Assembly: GCA_964391685.1 (NCBI GenBank)
Contig: CAYMND010000001.1
Coordinates: 1-26,169 of the forward strand
DNA: 26,169 nucleotides
From: an uncultured Clostridia bacterium
Lineage (GTDB): Bacteria; Acidobacteriota; Aminicenantia; UBA2199
Direction: 5' to 3'
Each line of letters begins with the position of its first letter. Position 1 is the stretch's first letter. The notes under the pieces are model-generated. The model searched no databases. It saw nothing but the letters and a program-made list of their open reading frames with translations, and was not told the DNA's origin. This document shows positions 9,341 to 20,301 of the stretch, piece by piece. The position numbers and the translations under genes are program-made.

Positions 9341-10729
9341 ATGGCCGAAAAACAAAAAACGAAGAAAGAGAAAAATACTCAAGAGAAGACTGAAGAAACG
9401 GTAGAAACCCCGACAGACAATCTTGAACAGGAAGAGACCTCGACAGAAGGGGATTCAAAAATGTCGGAAGAAAAGGAACAATCCCTGAAATACAGTTGGA
9501 CTCTGGAAATAAAAAGAGAGAAGATCGAGGAAAGAATTGACAGTACCCTGAAAGAATACGCAACGAAGGTAAAGCTGCCCGGTTTTCGTGCAGGGAAGGT
9601 GCCTTTTGATGTGGTTAAAAGCCGCTTTGCCGATACAGCCGAAGACGAAGTGGTTGAAAAACTGATGGAAGAGGAGATTTTGAACCATATCCGAAAAGAA
9701 AACCTGAATATTATCGATTCTCCCGTACTGGAAGACATCGAAAGGCCGAAAGGTGGCAATGTAACCGCGAAGGTGGTGGTGGAACTCTCTCCGGAAGTCG
9801 TACTGCCCGATCTGGCCGGACTTGAATGCACATTCGAAAAAAGCGGCCCCGGATACGAACCCTTCAATGAGGAGGTCCAGATCGATAAGATTCTGGAAGC
9901 CAATAAAAGAAGGATTCCCGTCGCGGACAGGGAAATCAGGGACGGAGATTTCGTCGTTATCAAATATCAGAACAAAAATTTCGATAACAAGAGGATGAGT
10001 CCCAAGAAAGAAGATTATTATGAGATGAACAAGGAAAAATCTCATGAAATCACCGATTTGTATCCGGAGTTGATCGGAAAGAAAAAAGATGAAAAATTTT
10101 CCATTATTCGGGAGTATCCAGCAGAATATCAGAGAAGCGCTTGGCAGGGGAAGAAATTCGAACATCAAATCGAGATAACACAGCATTTCGAGATGCAGAA
10201 GCCCGTTCTGGATGAAGATTTTGCCAAGAAACACGGATATGAAAGTGTAAAGCAGCTGAAAGAGAAAATGAAGGAAGAGTTTGAGTCTTATCAGAAAAAG
10301 CTGCAGGAAGACAGGAAAATCGATGCGATCATCAAAGTTCTGGTTAATTCAGTCGACTTCATGCTTCCTCAGAAAATGATGGCCCAGGAGTTGTCGAGAC
10401 TGGTTCAGAATCCGGGGCGTTACGTTCATGATATTGAACAGTTTCGGGAAGATCACGATGCCCTGTTCAACCGCCTGAAAGAGGAAGCTGAACGCAACGT
10501 TCGCTTTTCCTTCATCATGGAGAAACTCATTAAGGAAAATTCCTTGACCGTGAGCCAGTCGGATCTGGATGCGGAATACCAGAAGATAGCCGATGCCAAC
10601 GGCGCTGATGTGAAACAGGTTAAGAAATACTATCAGGAAAATCAATACCGTGAGCAATTGAAGGATATTCTACTGAAAAGGAAGGTGATCGATTTCCTCA
10701 AGGAGAAGGTTACCGTTAAAGAGGTATGA
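9341..10729 (+). CDS. tig: Trigger factor
   Basis: Ribosome-binding signature [16 protein letters not shown] start of the FKBP-like domain, PVLDEDFAK; canonical position before clpP-clpX; AGGAGA RBS. Confidence 0.93.
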   Translation: MAEKQKTKKEKNTQEKTEETVETPTDNLEQEETSTEGDSKMSEEKEQSLKYSWTLEIKREKIEERIDSTLKEYATKVKLPGFRAGKVPFDVVKSRFADTAEDEVVEKLMEEEILNHIRKENLNIIDSPVLEDIERPKGGNVTAKVVVELSPEVVLPDLAGLECTFEKSGPGYEPFNEEVQIDKILEANKRRIPVADREIRDGDFVVIKYQNKNFDNKRMSPKKEDYYEMNKEKSHEITDLYPELIGKKKDEKFSIIREYPAEYQRSAWQGKKFEHQIEITQHFEMQKPVLDEDFAKKHGYESVKQLKEKMKEEFESYQKKLQEDRKIDAIIKVLVNSVDFMLPQKMMAQELSRLVQNPGRYVHDIEQFREDHDALFNRLKEEAERNVRFSFIMEKLIKENSLTVSQSDLDAEYQKIADANGADVKQVKKYYQENQYREQLKDILLKRKVIDFLKEKVTVKEV

Positions 10730-10730
10730 T

Positions 10731-11345
10731 ATGGCGATAATACCGATTGTAATCGAACAGAGCGGGCACATTGAACGGGCTTTCGATATCTATTCAAGGT
10801 TATTGAAGGACGGCATTATTTTCCTGGGTACTGCGATTGACGATCAGGTCGCCAACGTAGTCATCGCTCAATTGCTTTTTCTTGCGGCGGAAGATCCCGA
10901 GAAGGATATCTCTCTCTACATCAATTCCCCTGGAGGCATTGTGAGTGCCGGTATGGCAATATACGACACCATGAATTTCATCGCCAATGACATTGTGACC
11001 ATCTGTGTCGGACAGGCATCGTCCATGGCCGCCCTTCTGCTCGGCGCAGGGACCCGTGGGAAACGGTACGCGTTACCGCATGCAAGAGTCATGATACACC
11101 AACCGTTGGGCGGGTTTCAGGGACAGGCGACGGACATCCTGATCCATGCCGAAGAGATTAAGAAAATCAAAGAGAATACGATTTCGATTCTCAGCAGCTG
11201 CACGGGTCAATTAGAAAAAAAAGTGGCAAAAGATATAGAAAGAGATTATTTTATGAATGCGGGAGAAGCGATGAAGTACGGTATTATCGATACAATCATT
11301 ACAGATCATACGAGTTTGGGAAAAAAGCATGAGTCAAAAGAGTAA
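10731..11345 (+). CDS. clpP: ATP-dependent Clp protease proteolytic subunit
   Basis: [23 protein letters not shown] (catalytic Ser), MIHQP (His), [17 protein letters not shown]. Confidence 0.98.
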   Translation: MAIIPIVIEQSGHIERAFDIYSRLLKDGIIFLGTAIDDQVANVVIAQLLFLAAEDPEKDISLYINSPGGIVSAGMAIYDTMNFIANDIVTICVGQASSMAALLLGAGTRGKRYALPHARVMIHQPLGGFQGQATDILIHAEEIKKIKENTISILSSCTGQLEKKVAKDIERDYFMNAGEAMKYGIIDTIITDHTSLGKKHESKE

Positions 11346-12543
11346 AAAAGAAAGTCGTTGCAGCTTTTGTGGGATTCATCAGGCTCAGGCAAAGAAACTC
11401 ATCGCCGGTCCTGAAGTTTTCATCTGTGATGAATGTACAAAAACAGCATACAATTTGATTTTTACATCGGATGAGACAATCAAGAACCAGCGACGCCCGA
11501 AAAAGGTTCTGACTCCCAAGGAGATCAAGGCCGAGCTCGATCAATACATTATTTCGCAGGATTTACCGAAAAAGAAACTCGCGGTTGCTGTTTACAACCA
11601 TTACAAGCGGATCAACAATCTGGGGCAGATCAACAGTATAGACATCAAAAAGAGCAATGTGCTTCTGATCGGTCCGACAGGGACGGGAAAGACGCTTCTG
11701 GCTGAAACGCTGGCCAAGATATTGGATGTGCCTTTTGCGATTGCCGATGCAACGACTCTGACCGAGGCCGGTTATGTCGGAGAGGATGTGGAGAACATTC
11801 TGCTGAAACTGTATCAGGCCGCCGGAGAAAACAAGGAACTGGCCGAAAAGGGGATTATTTACATTGATGAAATCGATAAAATCTCCCGAAAAAGCGAAAA
11901 CCCATCCATAACCAGAGATGTTTCCGGAGAAGGCGTACAGCAGGCGCTGTTGAAGATCGTCGAGGGGACGGTCGCCAATGTTCCGCCGATGGGCGGCAGA
12001 AAGCATCCCTATCAGGAGTTCCTCAAGATCGATACCTCCAACATCCTGTTCATTGCCGGTGGAGCGTTTGTCGGGATTGACCGCATCATCAAGAGCAGAA
12101 TGAAGAAAAACCTCATCGGTTTCAGCGCTAAGAACGCTTCTGTCATGCAGAACAACGATCAGGTGCTGCACAATACACAAACCGATGATCTGATCAAATT
12201 TGGTCTGATACCGGAGCTGATCGGCCGTTTTCCGGTAGTCGGAATTCTGGACGACCTGGATGACAATCATCTGTTCCAGATTCTGACAGAACCGAAGAAT
12301 GCGATCACAAAACAATATCAGGCTCTTTTCAAGCTGGACGGCATCAACCTGGAATTCAAGGAAGACGCTTTGAGGCAGATCACGCGTGAAGCTGTGGCGA
12401 GAAAAGTCGGCGCCAGGGGATTGAGGGCCATTTTTGAGGAGATCATGCTGGACATGATGTTTGAACTTCCATCGAAGAAGAACAAAGCTCTGGATGTTGT
12501 AGTCGATTTCGATTATCTGAAAGAGAAGAAATGGATCGCTTGA
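11329..12543 (+). CDS. clpX: ATP-dependent Clp protease ATPase subunit
   Basis: CSFC..CDEC zinc domain, Walker [17 protein letters not shown] pore loop, Walker [20 protein letters not shown] loop, GARGLR. Confidence 0.98.
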   Translation: MSQKSKKESRCSFCGIHQAQAKKLIAGPEVFICDECTKTAYNLIFTSDETIKNQRRPKKVLTPKEIKAELDQYIISQDLPKKKLAVAVYNHYKRINNLGQINSIDIKKSNVLLIGPTGTGKTLLAETLAKILDVPFAIADATTLTEAGYVGEDVENILLKLYQAAGENKELAEKGIIYIDEIDKISRKSENPSITRDVSGEGVQQALLKIVEGTVANVPPMGGRKHPYQEFLKIDTSNILFIAGGAFVGIDRIIKSRMKKNLIGFSAKNASVMQNNDQVLHNTQTDDLIKFGLIPELIGRFPVVGILDDLDDNHLFQILTEPKNAITKQYQALFKLDGINLEFKEDALRQITREAVARKVGARGLRAIFEEIMLDMMFELPSKKNKALDVVVDFDYLKEKKWIA

Positions 12544-14864
12544 ACCGGCGTGAAGTGATCTTGCCCCTGATACCGTTGAGGGAGCTGGTCACTTTTCCGG
12601 CGACGATAGTACCCATACTCGTTGGGCGACCGAAATCGATAGATTCGCTGAAAGCGTCCCTGAAGGATTATGATCATTATATTTTCCTGTCGGTACAGAA
12701 GAATCAGCTCAGCGAGAATCCGGACAAGGATGAAATCTATCGTATCGGTACGATTGCCAGAATCGAGAAGACCATAGAACAGCACAACGGCAGCCACCGG
12801 GTTGTCGTTCAGGGTCTTCAGCGTGGAAAGGTACTGGAATACATTCAGGACGGACTTTATTTTCTGGTGAAAGTCGAAATCCTTGAAGAAGAGGAGGAGA
12901 GCGGTCGGGAAAGTGAGCAGAACGATATGTCCCGGCGGTTGATTCATGTATTTGAACAATACATTGACACCCGGAACGTGAAGCTGCAGGGAATGGTATC
13001 CAAGCTCGAAGCCAATCAGTTGTCGGGAGTCACAGACATAATTATATCGGTGCTACAGGTTCCAGTAAAAACAAAGCAGGCTCTTCTGGAAGATCTCAGC
13101 CCTTCTTCCAGGGGCACCAAAATTCAGAACCTGCTGAAAAAAGAGTTGTTCAAACTGGAAAAAAGAAAAGAAAAGGATGTGAATGCGAGGAAGGAAGATC
13201 CGCACACATCCGATATCGAAAATCTTCGAAAACAGATCAACGAAGCGGACCTCCCCAATTATGTCCGGGACCGGGCAATAGAGGAAGTCGAACGTCTGGA
13301 AATCATGCCGCCCTTTTCAGCTGAGAGTACAGTTTCGAGATACTACATCGACTGGTTACTGGCCGTTCCCTGGAAGAAGAACAGAAAGGAAAACAAGGAC
13401 ATCAAAAAAGCCCGTATCGTCCTGGATGAGGATCACTACGGCCTGACCGATGTCAAGGAACGGATTCTTGATTATCTGGCTGTACGGCAACTCAGTAAAA
13501 AGACCGATGGGGAGATTCTGTGTTTTGTGGGACCGCCGGGAGTCGGTAAAAGTTCTCTGGGGAAATCGATCGCCCGGGCTCTGAATCGTCCCTTTGTACG
13601 GGTCTCTCTCGGTGGAGTCAAAGACGAAGCGGAAATCAGGGGACACAGGCGGACCTACATCGGGTCTTATCCGGGGCAGCTGGTCAAGGGATTGAAAAAG
13701 GCCGGAGCCATGAATCCGGTTTTTCTGCTCGATGAAATCGACAAACTGGCCAACGATCACCGCGGAGATCCTTCGTCAGCTCTGCTGGAAGCTCTGGATC
13801 CTGAACAGAACTCGGAATTCGTCGATCATTATCTCGATCTCGAGGTTGACTTGTCCGGGATTTTCTTCATCACAACTGCAAATTCGGTGTCACCGATTCC
13901 TCCGGCTCTCAAGGACCGCATGGAGATCATCGAACTGTCAAGCTACACCAATGAGGAAAAAAGTCACATTGCCTCTTCTTTCCTCTTACCGAAACAGTTG
14001 ATGAAAAACGGCTTGAATGAAGATTCCGTATCTCTTGAGAATGAAGCGCTTCAGAAGCTCATAGAAGAGTACACCCGGGAAGCCGGTGTTCGCAATCTGG
14101 AACGGGAAATCGGTAAACTGACACGGAAAATCGCCAGGCAGTACCTTGAAGAGGGCAACGAAAGCTCTTTCTTCCCGTTCAATGTGGACGAATCCAAACT
14201 GGAAACCATTATGGGAATTTCCAAGTTTCAGGCGCCCAGGATACATACCATGTCTGAAACCGGTGTCGCCGTCGGTTTGGCCTGGACTCCTTTTGGAGGG
14301 GATGTTCTGGTCATCGAAAGCCGTTTGATTAAAGGGAAGGGGAAGGTCATCCTGACAGGACGTCTTGGGGAAGTGATGCAGGAATCCTCGAAAACCGCCT
14401 GGAGCTTTTCAAAGATAAAACTGTATGAGTTGTCTTATCTGACAGATGATATGGATCGCTATGATGTTCATCTGCACATTCCGGAAGGAGCGACTCCAAA
14501 AGACGGCCCTTCGGCGGGGATCACTCTCGCTGCGGCTATGATATCGATGATAACGGGGATACCGGTCCGTTCCCAGGTGGCGATGACTGGGGAGATCACT
14601 CTGCGTGGACGGGTTCTTCCAGTCGGTGGTATCAAGGAGAAGATCCTTGCGGCATACCGGTATGGAATTCTTGAAGTGATTCTTCCTTTGGAGAACAAAA
14701 AGGAATACCAGCACGATATTCCGGTCGAAATCCGGAACAAACTGACAGTGCATTACGTCGAAACGATGGATGAAGTGATCGAGAAAGCATTGGAAGCACC
14801 GGTGACCATGGCCAATTGCAACAGTCCGATTTTAAAGCCGGCCACTGGCGACAAAATTCAGTAA
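12531..14864 (+). CDS. lon: Lon (LonA) ATP-dependent protease
   Basis: LON N-domain ([11 protein letters not shown]), [48 protein letters not shown] (catalytic Ser), GGIKEK (catalytic Lys). Confidence 0.97.
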   Translation: MDRLNRREVILPLIPLRELVTFPATIVPILVGRPKSIDSLKASLKDYDHYIFLSVQKNQLSENPDKDEIYRIGTIARIEKTIEQHNGSHRVVVQGLQRGKVLEYIQDGLYFLVKVEILEEEEESGRESEQNDMSRRLIHVFEQYIDTRNVKLQGMVSKLEANQLSGVTDIIISVLQVPVKTKQALLEDLSPSSRGTKIQNLLKKELFKLEKRKEKDVNARKEDPHTSDIENLRKQINEADLPNYVRDRAIEEVERLEIMPPFSAESTVSRYYIDWLLAVPWKKNRKENKDIKKARIVLDEDHYGLTDVKERILDYLAVRQLSKKTDGEILCFVGPPGVGKSSLGKSIARALNRPFVRVSLGGVKDEAEIRGHRRTYIGSYPGQLVKGLKKAGAMNPVFLLDEIDKLANDHRGDPSSALLEALDPEQNSEFVDHYLDLEVDLSGIFFITTANSVSPIPPALKDRMEIIELSSYTNEEKSHIASSFLLPKQLMKNGLNEDSVSLENEALQKLIEEYTREAGVRNLEREIGKLTRKIARQYLEEGNESSFFPFNVDESKLETIMGISKFQAPRIHTMSETGVAVGLAWTPFGGDVLVIESRLIKGKGKVILTGRLGEVMQESSKTAWSFSKIKLYELSYLTDDMDRYDVHLHIPEGATPKDGPSAGITLAAAMISMITGIPVRSQVAMTGEITLRGRVLPVGGIKEKILAAYRYGILEVILPLENKKEYQHDIPVEIRNKLTVHYVETMDEVIEKALEAPVTMANCNSPILKPATGDKIQ

Positions 14865-14880
14865 AACATACGGTTGAGTT

Positions 14881-15537
14881 ATGAATTCATTTTCTTTTAA
14901 AAAAGTTGAATTAATCCGAACAGCTTATATCCCTTCACAATTATTGAAGGATTCCATCCCTCAGGTGGCTTTTATCGGCCGCTCGAATGTCGGAAAATCC
15001 TCACTGATCAACCATTTGCTGGGACGGAAAAAAATGGCACAGACCAGTGGTAAACCTGGAAAAACACTCAGTGTGAATTATTACCGGATCGACGATTGCA
15101 TCTGTTTCGTAGATCTTCCAGGCTACGGCTACGCCAAGGTTTCACATTCTGAAAAAAAGAGAGCCAGTGAACTTCTGGACGCCTATTTCAGCAACTCTTC
15201 ATTGAAATTACTGTGTCTTCTTCTGGACAGTCGACGGGGATTGTTGGATATCGATCTGATGATGCTCGAAAAAATAATGCAAAAAACATCACGAATATTG
15301 ACAATCGCCACAAAGATTGATAAAATCACATTCTCAGAAAAAAAAAGTCTATTGTTCAAACATCAGAAAGAATTTAATTTATCCCTGATTCCCTTTTCGG
15401 TAAAGAGTCAAGTTTTCAGGGATGAATTACTGGATGTGATATTCAAAATTACAGAGGTGGATCATGTATTCATTAAAAGATCTGAAAGCAATGAAACCCG
15501 TGGAATTGAAGAAGGTGGTAAAGGAATTAAATCTTGA
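14881..15537 (+). CDS. engB: Ribosome-biogenesis GTPase YihA/YsxC (EngB)
   Basis: [37 protein letters not shown]; canonical position after lon. Confidence 0.95.
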   Translation: MNSFSFKKVELIRTAYIPSQLLKDSIPQVAFIGRSNVGKSSLINHLLGRKKMAQTSGKPGKTLSVNYYRIDDCICFVDLPGYGYAKVSHSEKKRASELLDAYFSNSSLKLLCLLLDSRRGLLDIDLMMLEKIMQKTSRILTIATKIDKITFSEKKSLLFKHQKEFNLSLIPFSVKSQVFRDELLDVIFKITEVDHVFIKRSESNETRGIEEGGKGIKS

Positions 15538-16738
15538 AGAACTCGATCCCAAAAAGCTAAAAGATCAAAATGCCCTTTTTTTTGCGATATTGGACGCCCA
15601 GGCGAAAGCGTCAGGCAAACTGTTCGCCGAAGGCGTCATTGAAACGCATACGGAAGGATACGGATTCCTGAGATTTGAAGAATTTTCCTATTTGTCCAGT
15701 CCGGAAGATATATATGTTTCTCCTTCTCAAGTGAACAAGTTCGATCTGAGAACTGGCGACACGGTTTCAGGTTCCGTCAGACCCCCGAAAGGCGGTGAGA
15801 AATATTTCGCTTTGCTGACAGTGGAAGCCATCAATTCCGAAGATCCTGAAGTCGTCACCAAAAACAGACGTAACCGCCGTTTTGAGAAGTTGACACCTCT
15901 CTATCCCGATGAAGCTCTGAGTCAGGAAACTTTTTCGGAAAACATGACGGGACGGGTAATGGATCTGCTGACTCCCATCGGAAAGGGGCAGAGAGGCCTG
16001 ATCGTCGCTGCTCCAAGAACCGGCAAGACCATGATTCTGCAGAATATCGCAAAGTCCATCGAGATCAACCACCCGGAAGTTCACCTGATTGTCCTGCTGA
16101 TCGATGAACGCCCGGAAGAGGTTACCGACATGAGCCGCAACGTCAACGGCGAAGTGATCGCTTCGACCTTCGATGAAGTGCCGATGCGTCATACGAAAGT
16201 CGCCGACATCGTTCTCGAAAAGGCAAAACGTCTGGTCGAGATGGGAAAGGACGTGGTTATCCTGCTCGATTCCATCACCCGTTTGGCCAGAGCTCACAAT
16301 GCCATCACCCCGGCTTCCGGAAAGGTGCTGTCCGGCGGTATCGATGCCAACGCTTTGAACAAGCCGAAGAAATTCTTCGGTGCTGCCAGAAACATTGAGG
16401 AAGGGGGAAGTTTGACCATCTTGGCCACTGCGCTGGTCGATACGGGAAGCAGAATGGACGAAGTTATTTTTGAAGAGTTCAAGGGTACCGGTAACATGGA
16501 AATCAATCTGGACAGACGCCTGGTGGACAAGCGGATCTTTCCGGCCATCGATCTTTTCCGCTCCGGCACGAGAAAGGAAGAATTGCTCATCGAAAAGGAA
16601 GACCTCAACAAGATTTGGGTCCTGCGCAAGGTTCTATCTCAGATGTCCGAGGTCGAGGCGATGGAACTGCTCATCGAAAAGCTGAACAAGACCAAGACCA
16701 ACAAAGATTTTATCAAAATGATGTCTCAGGGCATGTAA
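15464..16738 (+). CDS. rho: Transcription termination factor Rho
   Basis: [72 protein letters not shown]; GAGGTG RBS. Confidence 0.98.
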   Translation: MYSLKDLKAMKPVELKKVVKELNLEELDPKKLKDQNALFFAILDAQAKASGKLFAEGVIETHTEGYGFLRFEEFSYLSSPEDIYVSPSQVNKFDLRTGDTVSGSVRPPKGGEKYFALLTVEAINSEDPEVVTKNRRNRRFEKLTPLYPDEALSQETFSENMTGRVMDLLTPIGKGQRGLIVAAPRTGKTMILQNIAKSIEINHPEVHLIVLLIDERPEEVTDMSRNVNGEVIASTFDEVPMRHTKVADIVLEKAKRLVEMGKDVVILLDSITRLARAHNAITPASGKVLSGGIDANALNKPKKFFGAARNIEEGGSLTILATALVDTGSRMDEVIFEEFKGTGNMEINLDRRLVDKRIFPAIDLFRSGTRKEELLIEKEDLNKIWVLRKVLSQMSEVEAMELLIEKLNKTKTNKDFIKMMSQGM

Positions 16739-16754
16739 TTCGGGGAATAATCAG

Positions 16755-17666
16755 ATGATTGCGAATTTTAAGGAACTGCTTGAAAAAGCATCGACAGCCG
16801 AAGGCGTCGTTGTAGGGATACCGTCACCGGAAGACGAGTATTCATTGAAAACCATCGCTCTGGCACAGAAAAACGGGATCAAACAGTTTATTCTGGCCGG
16901 TGACGAATCGGCGATTCGGGTCGGCATGAAGAAATACGAAGTCGAAGCACAGGGGATACAAATCATTCATACTGATTCGGAGGAAGCAGCCGCAAAGAAG
17001 ATCGTTGAAATGGCTGTCTCCAACCAGGTTCATGTGATTCTGAAAGGATTTCTGCCCACCGCCAAACTTATGAAGCCGGCTCTGGACAAGGAAACCGGAC
17101 TTCGTACCGGAAACCTGCTTTCAGATCTGTTGATCGTCGAATCCCCCATGTCCGGCAATGGTTTTTTGGGTATTACAGACGGCGGATTGAACATCCTTCC
17201 CGATTTGGATCAGAAAAAACAGATCATTGAAAATGCCGTAGCCGTTTATCACCGGTTGGGTGTCGAAAGACCGAAAGTCGGAATCATGGCTGCCGTGGAA
17301 TCAGTAAAGGATTCAATGCCGGCTACCGTTGATGCCAAGGGGTTGACGGAAATGAACCAAAATGGTGAAATCGGCGGCTGCCAGGTGTACGGTCCGCTGG
17401 CCTTTGACATCGCCGTATCCGAGAAAGCCGCCCATCACAAGGGAGTGATGAATCCGGTCGCCGGGCATGTGGACATCATGGTCATGCCCAACATCGAATC
17501 CGGAAACATCCTGGCCAAGGCATTCACTTATGTCATGAAAGTTCCTGTCGCTCATGTAGTTATGGGAGCGAAAATACCGATATTGATCACTTCGAGAAAC
17601 GAATCCGAATACGACAAGATCCTTTCAATCGCATTGGGGGTGATCATTGCCAAAAATCTGGAATAA
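16755..17666 (+). CDS. ptb: Phosphate butyryltransferase / PTA-PTB-family acyl-CoA:phosphate acyltransferase
   Basis: ILKGFLPT, ITDGGLNILPD, PKVGIMAAVE, YGPLAFDIAVS, VAGHVDIMVMPNIESGNILAK, MGAKIPILITSR. Substrate (butyryl vs other acyl-CoA) cannot be told from sequence. Confidence 0.85.
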   Translation: MIANFKELLEKASTAEGVVVGIPSPEDEYSLKTIALAQKNGIKQFILAGDESAIRVGMKKYEVEAQGIQIIHTDSEEAAAKKIVEMAVSNQVHVILKGFLPTAKLMKPALDKETGLRTGNLLSDLLIVESPMSGNGFLGITDGGLNILPDLDQKKQIIENAVAVYHRLGVERPKVGIMAAVESVKDSMPATVDAKGLTEMNQNGEIGGCQVYGPLAFDIAVSEKAAHHKGVMNPVAGHVDIMVMPNIESGNILAKAFTYVMKVPVAHVVMGAKIPILITSRNESEYDKILSIALGVIIAKNLE

Positions 17667-18240
17667 TCTGGTTCTTTTTTCGGTATTGTTTTCGGCCCCG
17701 TTAACCGCTTCCGTATTGAACGAACTGCGAAATGCCTTAACCGGTTCCTCTCCCTTCCTGGCCGAATTCAGACAGGAAATGATTGATAATGGACGTACGG
17801 AACTGGTTGAAACAGGATTTTTCATCTATGGTTCTCCCAGTCGAATGAAATGGGAATATCGGGATCCAGAATCCAAGATTTTTGTACTGAACAGAGGTAA
17901 AATCAGTTTTTATGATCCACAGGAAAATCAGTTGTCCGTGGGGGATGTGGAAAAACAGAAGTCACAGTGGCTGTGGCAGGTGTTGACGAACGATAGCGAA
18001 GAGGTTGAAATCGAGGAAAACGAGGTCTTGAGGTCGATCAAAATCAGGCAAAAAGAGGATGAAACCGTATTCACCGTTTTCGTCGGCGACAATGGGCTTC
18101 CTGAACATGTCACTCAGCAGGATTCCCTGGGTTATGAATTCCGTTACACTTTTTCCGGTTATCGCCTGAAGTGTAAAATCGGCGATAAGGATTTTGAGAT
18201 AAAAGCCCCTCAGGATGTTGAAATTGTTGAATTGGAATAA
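17647..18240 (+). CDS. lolA: LolA-like outer-membrane lipoprotein carrier protein
   Basis: Signal peptide (LVLFSVLFSAPLTA), AEFRQE..ETG..Y..PSRMKWEYRDPESKIFVLNRGKISFYDP..NQL, C-terminal DFEIKAPQDVEIV. TTG start uncertain. Confidence 0.75.
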   Translation: MPKIWNNLVLFSVLFSAPLTASVLNELRNALTGSSPFLAEFRQEMIDNGRTELVETGFFIYGSPSRMKWEYRDPESKIFVLNRGKISFYDPQENQLSVGDVEKQKSQWLWQVLTNDSEEVEIEENEVLRSIKIRQKEDETVFTVFVGDNGLPEHVTQQDSLGYEFRYTFSGYRLKCKIGDKDFEIKAPQDVEIVELE

Positions 18241-18264
18241 CTTTTATTTCATCAACTTCGTAAT

Positions 18265-18843
18265 ATGATCTTGGACGACGAACAAAAACTGATCAAAGAC
18301 GCTTTGGCTGGTGATTCGAAGTCCTTTGAGAGGTTGATGAAATTGTACAGTCGTAAGATATACAGTTTTGTTTATCGAATGGTGAGAGACGAAGAGATCG
18401 CCACCGAACTGGTACAGGATTTTTTCATTAAAATATACACTGTGCTTCATAAGTATAATTTCACCTATAAATTTTCGACCTGGGCATACCGAATCTGCTA
18501 CAACATGGTGATTGATCATGTTCGAAAGAATCAGGTGAATATAGATTCTCTGGATGACGATTTCGTCACTCAGAAAGCGTTGCTCGAATCCGATAATTTC
18601 GTCAGTGACAATGGCTTTGACAACCTTGAACAAACGGAAATTCGGGAGCTGGTCTGGAATTCAGTCGAAAGAATACCCTTGAAATTCAGGGAGTTGGTGC
18701 TGCTGCGTTACCTGGACGGATTGAAATATGAAGAAATTGCAGAAATCACAGAGCTACCTGTCGGAACGATAAAAAACCGCATTTTCAAGGCAAAGGAATT
18801 GTTACGTGAGGAGATAAGAATCCATGGATTGTCCGAATCATAG
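18265..18843 (+). CDS. ECF (group 4) RNA polymerase sigma factor
   Basis: Region 2 (ATELVQDFFIK..FSTWAYRICYN) and region 4 (LPLKFRELVLLRY..LKYEEIAEITELPVGTIKNRIFKAK); no regions 1.1/3. Confidence 0.95.
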   Translation: MILDDEQKLIKDALAGDSKSFERLMKLYSRKIYSFVYRMVRDEEIATELVQDFFIKIYTVLHKYNFTYKFSTWAYRICYNMVIDHVRKNQVNIDSLDDDFVTQKALLESDNFVSDNGFDNLEQTEIRELVWNSVERIPLKFRELVLLRYLDGLKYEEIAEITELPVGTIKNRIFKAKELLREEIRIHGLSES

Positions 18844-19381
18844 CTTGCTGGCCGGGTACCACAGTGATGAGTTGAGTGCCGTCGAAAAAATGATGATCCG
18901 CGACCACTTGGTGGTGTGTCCCAAGTGCCGTTCAATTATCTCGGATTATAAAATCATGGAGAATGCTCTCAGGGAGCCGGTTCTGCTGGAACCTGCAATC
19001 GATATTGAACGCATTGTCATGAAGACTGTTTCACCGAAAACCCCATCAAAGCTGTCTCTGGGAGTTTTACTACTCTTTTCTCTGTCTCTGTTCATTGCTT
19101 TGCTGTACGTGTCATTCGATCTAAGCAACAATGGTGTGCTCGCCGCTTTACAAGTCGGAAATGCTAACGCGTCCAGTATTCTCGGATCGTTGATCCGGCT
19201 TTTATCCGGGGCTTTCAAATTGATCTACGCCTTTTACAAGATTGTCGATGCCTTCAGCAGAGCCTTGACTTTCGGTCTCATGTCCATTGAGATGCTGTTG
19301 CTGGTACTCAGTGTTCCGAGCATCTTCATCGCCAAATCGATTTTCAGAAAAAGAGATGCCCGGTCTCATGTGGGCAAATGA
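18824..19381 (+). CDS. Zinc-binding anti-sigma factor (ZAS, zf-HC2) with transmembrane segments
   Basis: N-terminal Cys3/His6 plus HLVVCPKC (HxxxCxxC), followed by hydrophobic segments; overlaps the ECF stop by 20 nt. Confidence 0.88.
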   Translation: MDCPNHSLLAGYHSDELSAVEKMMIRDHLVVCPKCRSIISDYKIMENALREPVLLEPAIDIERIVMKTVSPKTPSKLSLGVLLLFSLSLFIALLYVSFDLSNNGVLAALQVGNANASSILGSLIRLLSGAFKLIYAFYKIVDAFSRALTFGLMSIEMLLLVLSVPSIFIAKSIFRKRDARSHVGK

Positions 19382-20280
19382 AAATGTTGAAACAGAGAAT
19401 ACAATGGATCCGACGGGTCTCTTTTCTGCTTGTTTTTCTGGGGTTCTCGTTTCTTTCATGGTCGGAAGATTTCAAATTCGTAAAGCATCAGCATGTCGAC
19501 AAGGATTCTTCTCTGAAAACCAGCCTGATTTCTTTCAGAGGGGATATTCGGATCGAAGGTATTCTCGAAGGGTCAGTTCTTCAAGTCGGTGGCAAACTGA
19601 TTGTTACAGGGCAGGTTACCGCGGATATCATCGCCATGGGAACCGATGTCATTCTGAGTGAGAATTCCAATGTAGACGGCGATTTGTTGATCATAGGCGG
19701 AAAACTGAATCGAGCGGAATCGGCCAGGATAAAAGGAGAATATTTTTTTGTAAAACTGGGATCCAAAGAAGTCGAGTCGACATTTCTGCCTCTTTTCTGG
19801 GAAGCCAGAACCATCACTCTGTTGAAATTCCTGAAGATTATTCTATGGCTGCTCATCGGTTTGATGATTTATGCAATGATACCGGGACGGCTTCATTCCA
19901 TGAGTCTGTACCTGAGGGATGGCAACCTGGCCAAATACGCCATGACCGGCATTTTGACTTTACTGGTATCGGTCACGCTGCTTCTGCTCTTCACCCTGCT
20001 CAGTCTCTTCATCATCGGAATTCCTTTCCTCGCACTTCTGCTTGTGGCCGGTGCCATGCTGATTCTTGTGGGAAGAACGATGATGATGTATTCAGTCGGG
20101 CTGTACATGCTGAATCTGATAAAAAAATCGAATCCCATTTTTTCCATATGCTGCGGGGCCCTGGTTTTTGGGGTGGTGAAATTTATCCCGGCGGTAGGAA
20201 GCATCGCTTTGATTCTGATCGATCTGGTTGGCAGCGGAATTGTGATCAACTACATGTTGACACTGAGAAAACAGCGGTAA
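19378..20280 (+). CDS. Membrane protein with N-terminal bactofilin-like (polymer-forming cytoskeletal) beta-helix repeats
   Basis: Signal-like N-terminus; repeats GDIRIEG / GSVLQVGGKLIVTG / ADIIAMG / GDLLIIGGKL; four or more hydrophobic helices in the C-terminal half; ATGA overlap with the anti-sigma gene. Confidence 0.7.
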   Translation: MKMLKQRIQWIRRVSFLLVFLGFSFLSWSEDFKFVKHQHVDKDSSLKTSLISFRGDIRIEGILEGSVLQVGGKLIVTGQVTADIIAMGTDVILSENSNVDGDLLIIGGKLNRAESARIKGEYFFVKLGSKEVESTFLPLFWEARTITLLKFLKIILWLLIGLMIYAMIPGRLHSMSLYLRDGNLAKYAMTGILTLLVSVTLLLLFTLLSLFIIGIPFLALLLVAGAMLILVGRTMMMYSVGLYMLNLIKKSNPIFSICCGALVFGVVKFIPAVGSIALILIDLVGSGIVINYMLTLRKQR

Positions 20281-20301
20281 ACTGTTTCTTTTTCTGGTAA
20301 A

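Noticed and set aside
10800-10830. ClpP reads LLKDGIIFL where (E/D)RIIFL is usual
   Set aside because: One substitution (GGC vs CGC), possibly a variant or sequencing error; the catalytic triad motifs are intact.
15338-15346. A9 tract in engB as a programmed frameshift or slippage site
   Set aside because: The gene is in frame as read; the -1 frame stops within about ten codons and gives no useful alternative product; no stimulatory structure seen.
18234-18264. ECF autoregulatory promoter (AAC-N17-CGTA) directly upstream of the sigma gene
   Set aside because: The -35 lacks the TGAAAC/GGAAC core, and the -10 ends only 2 nt before the ATG, too close for a normal TSS; not supportable without TSS data.
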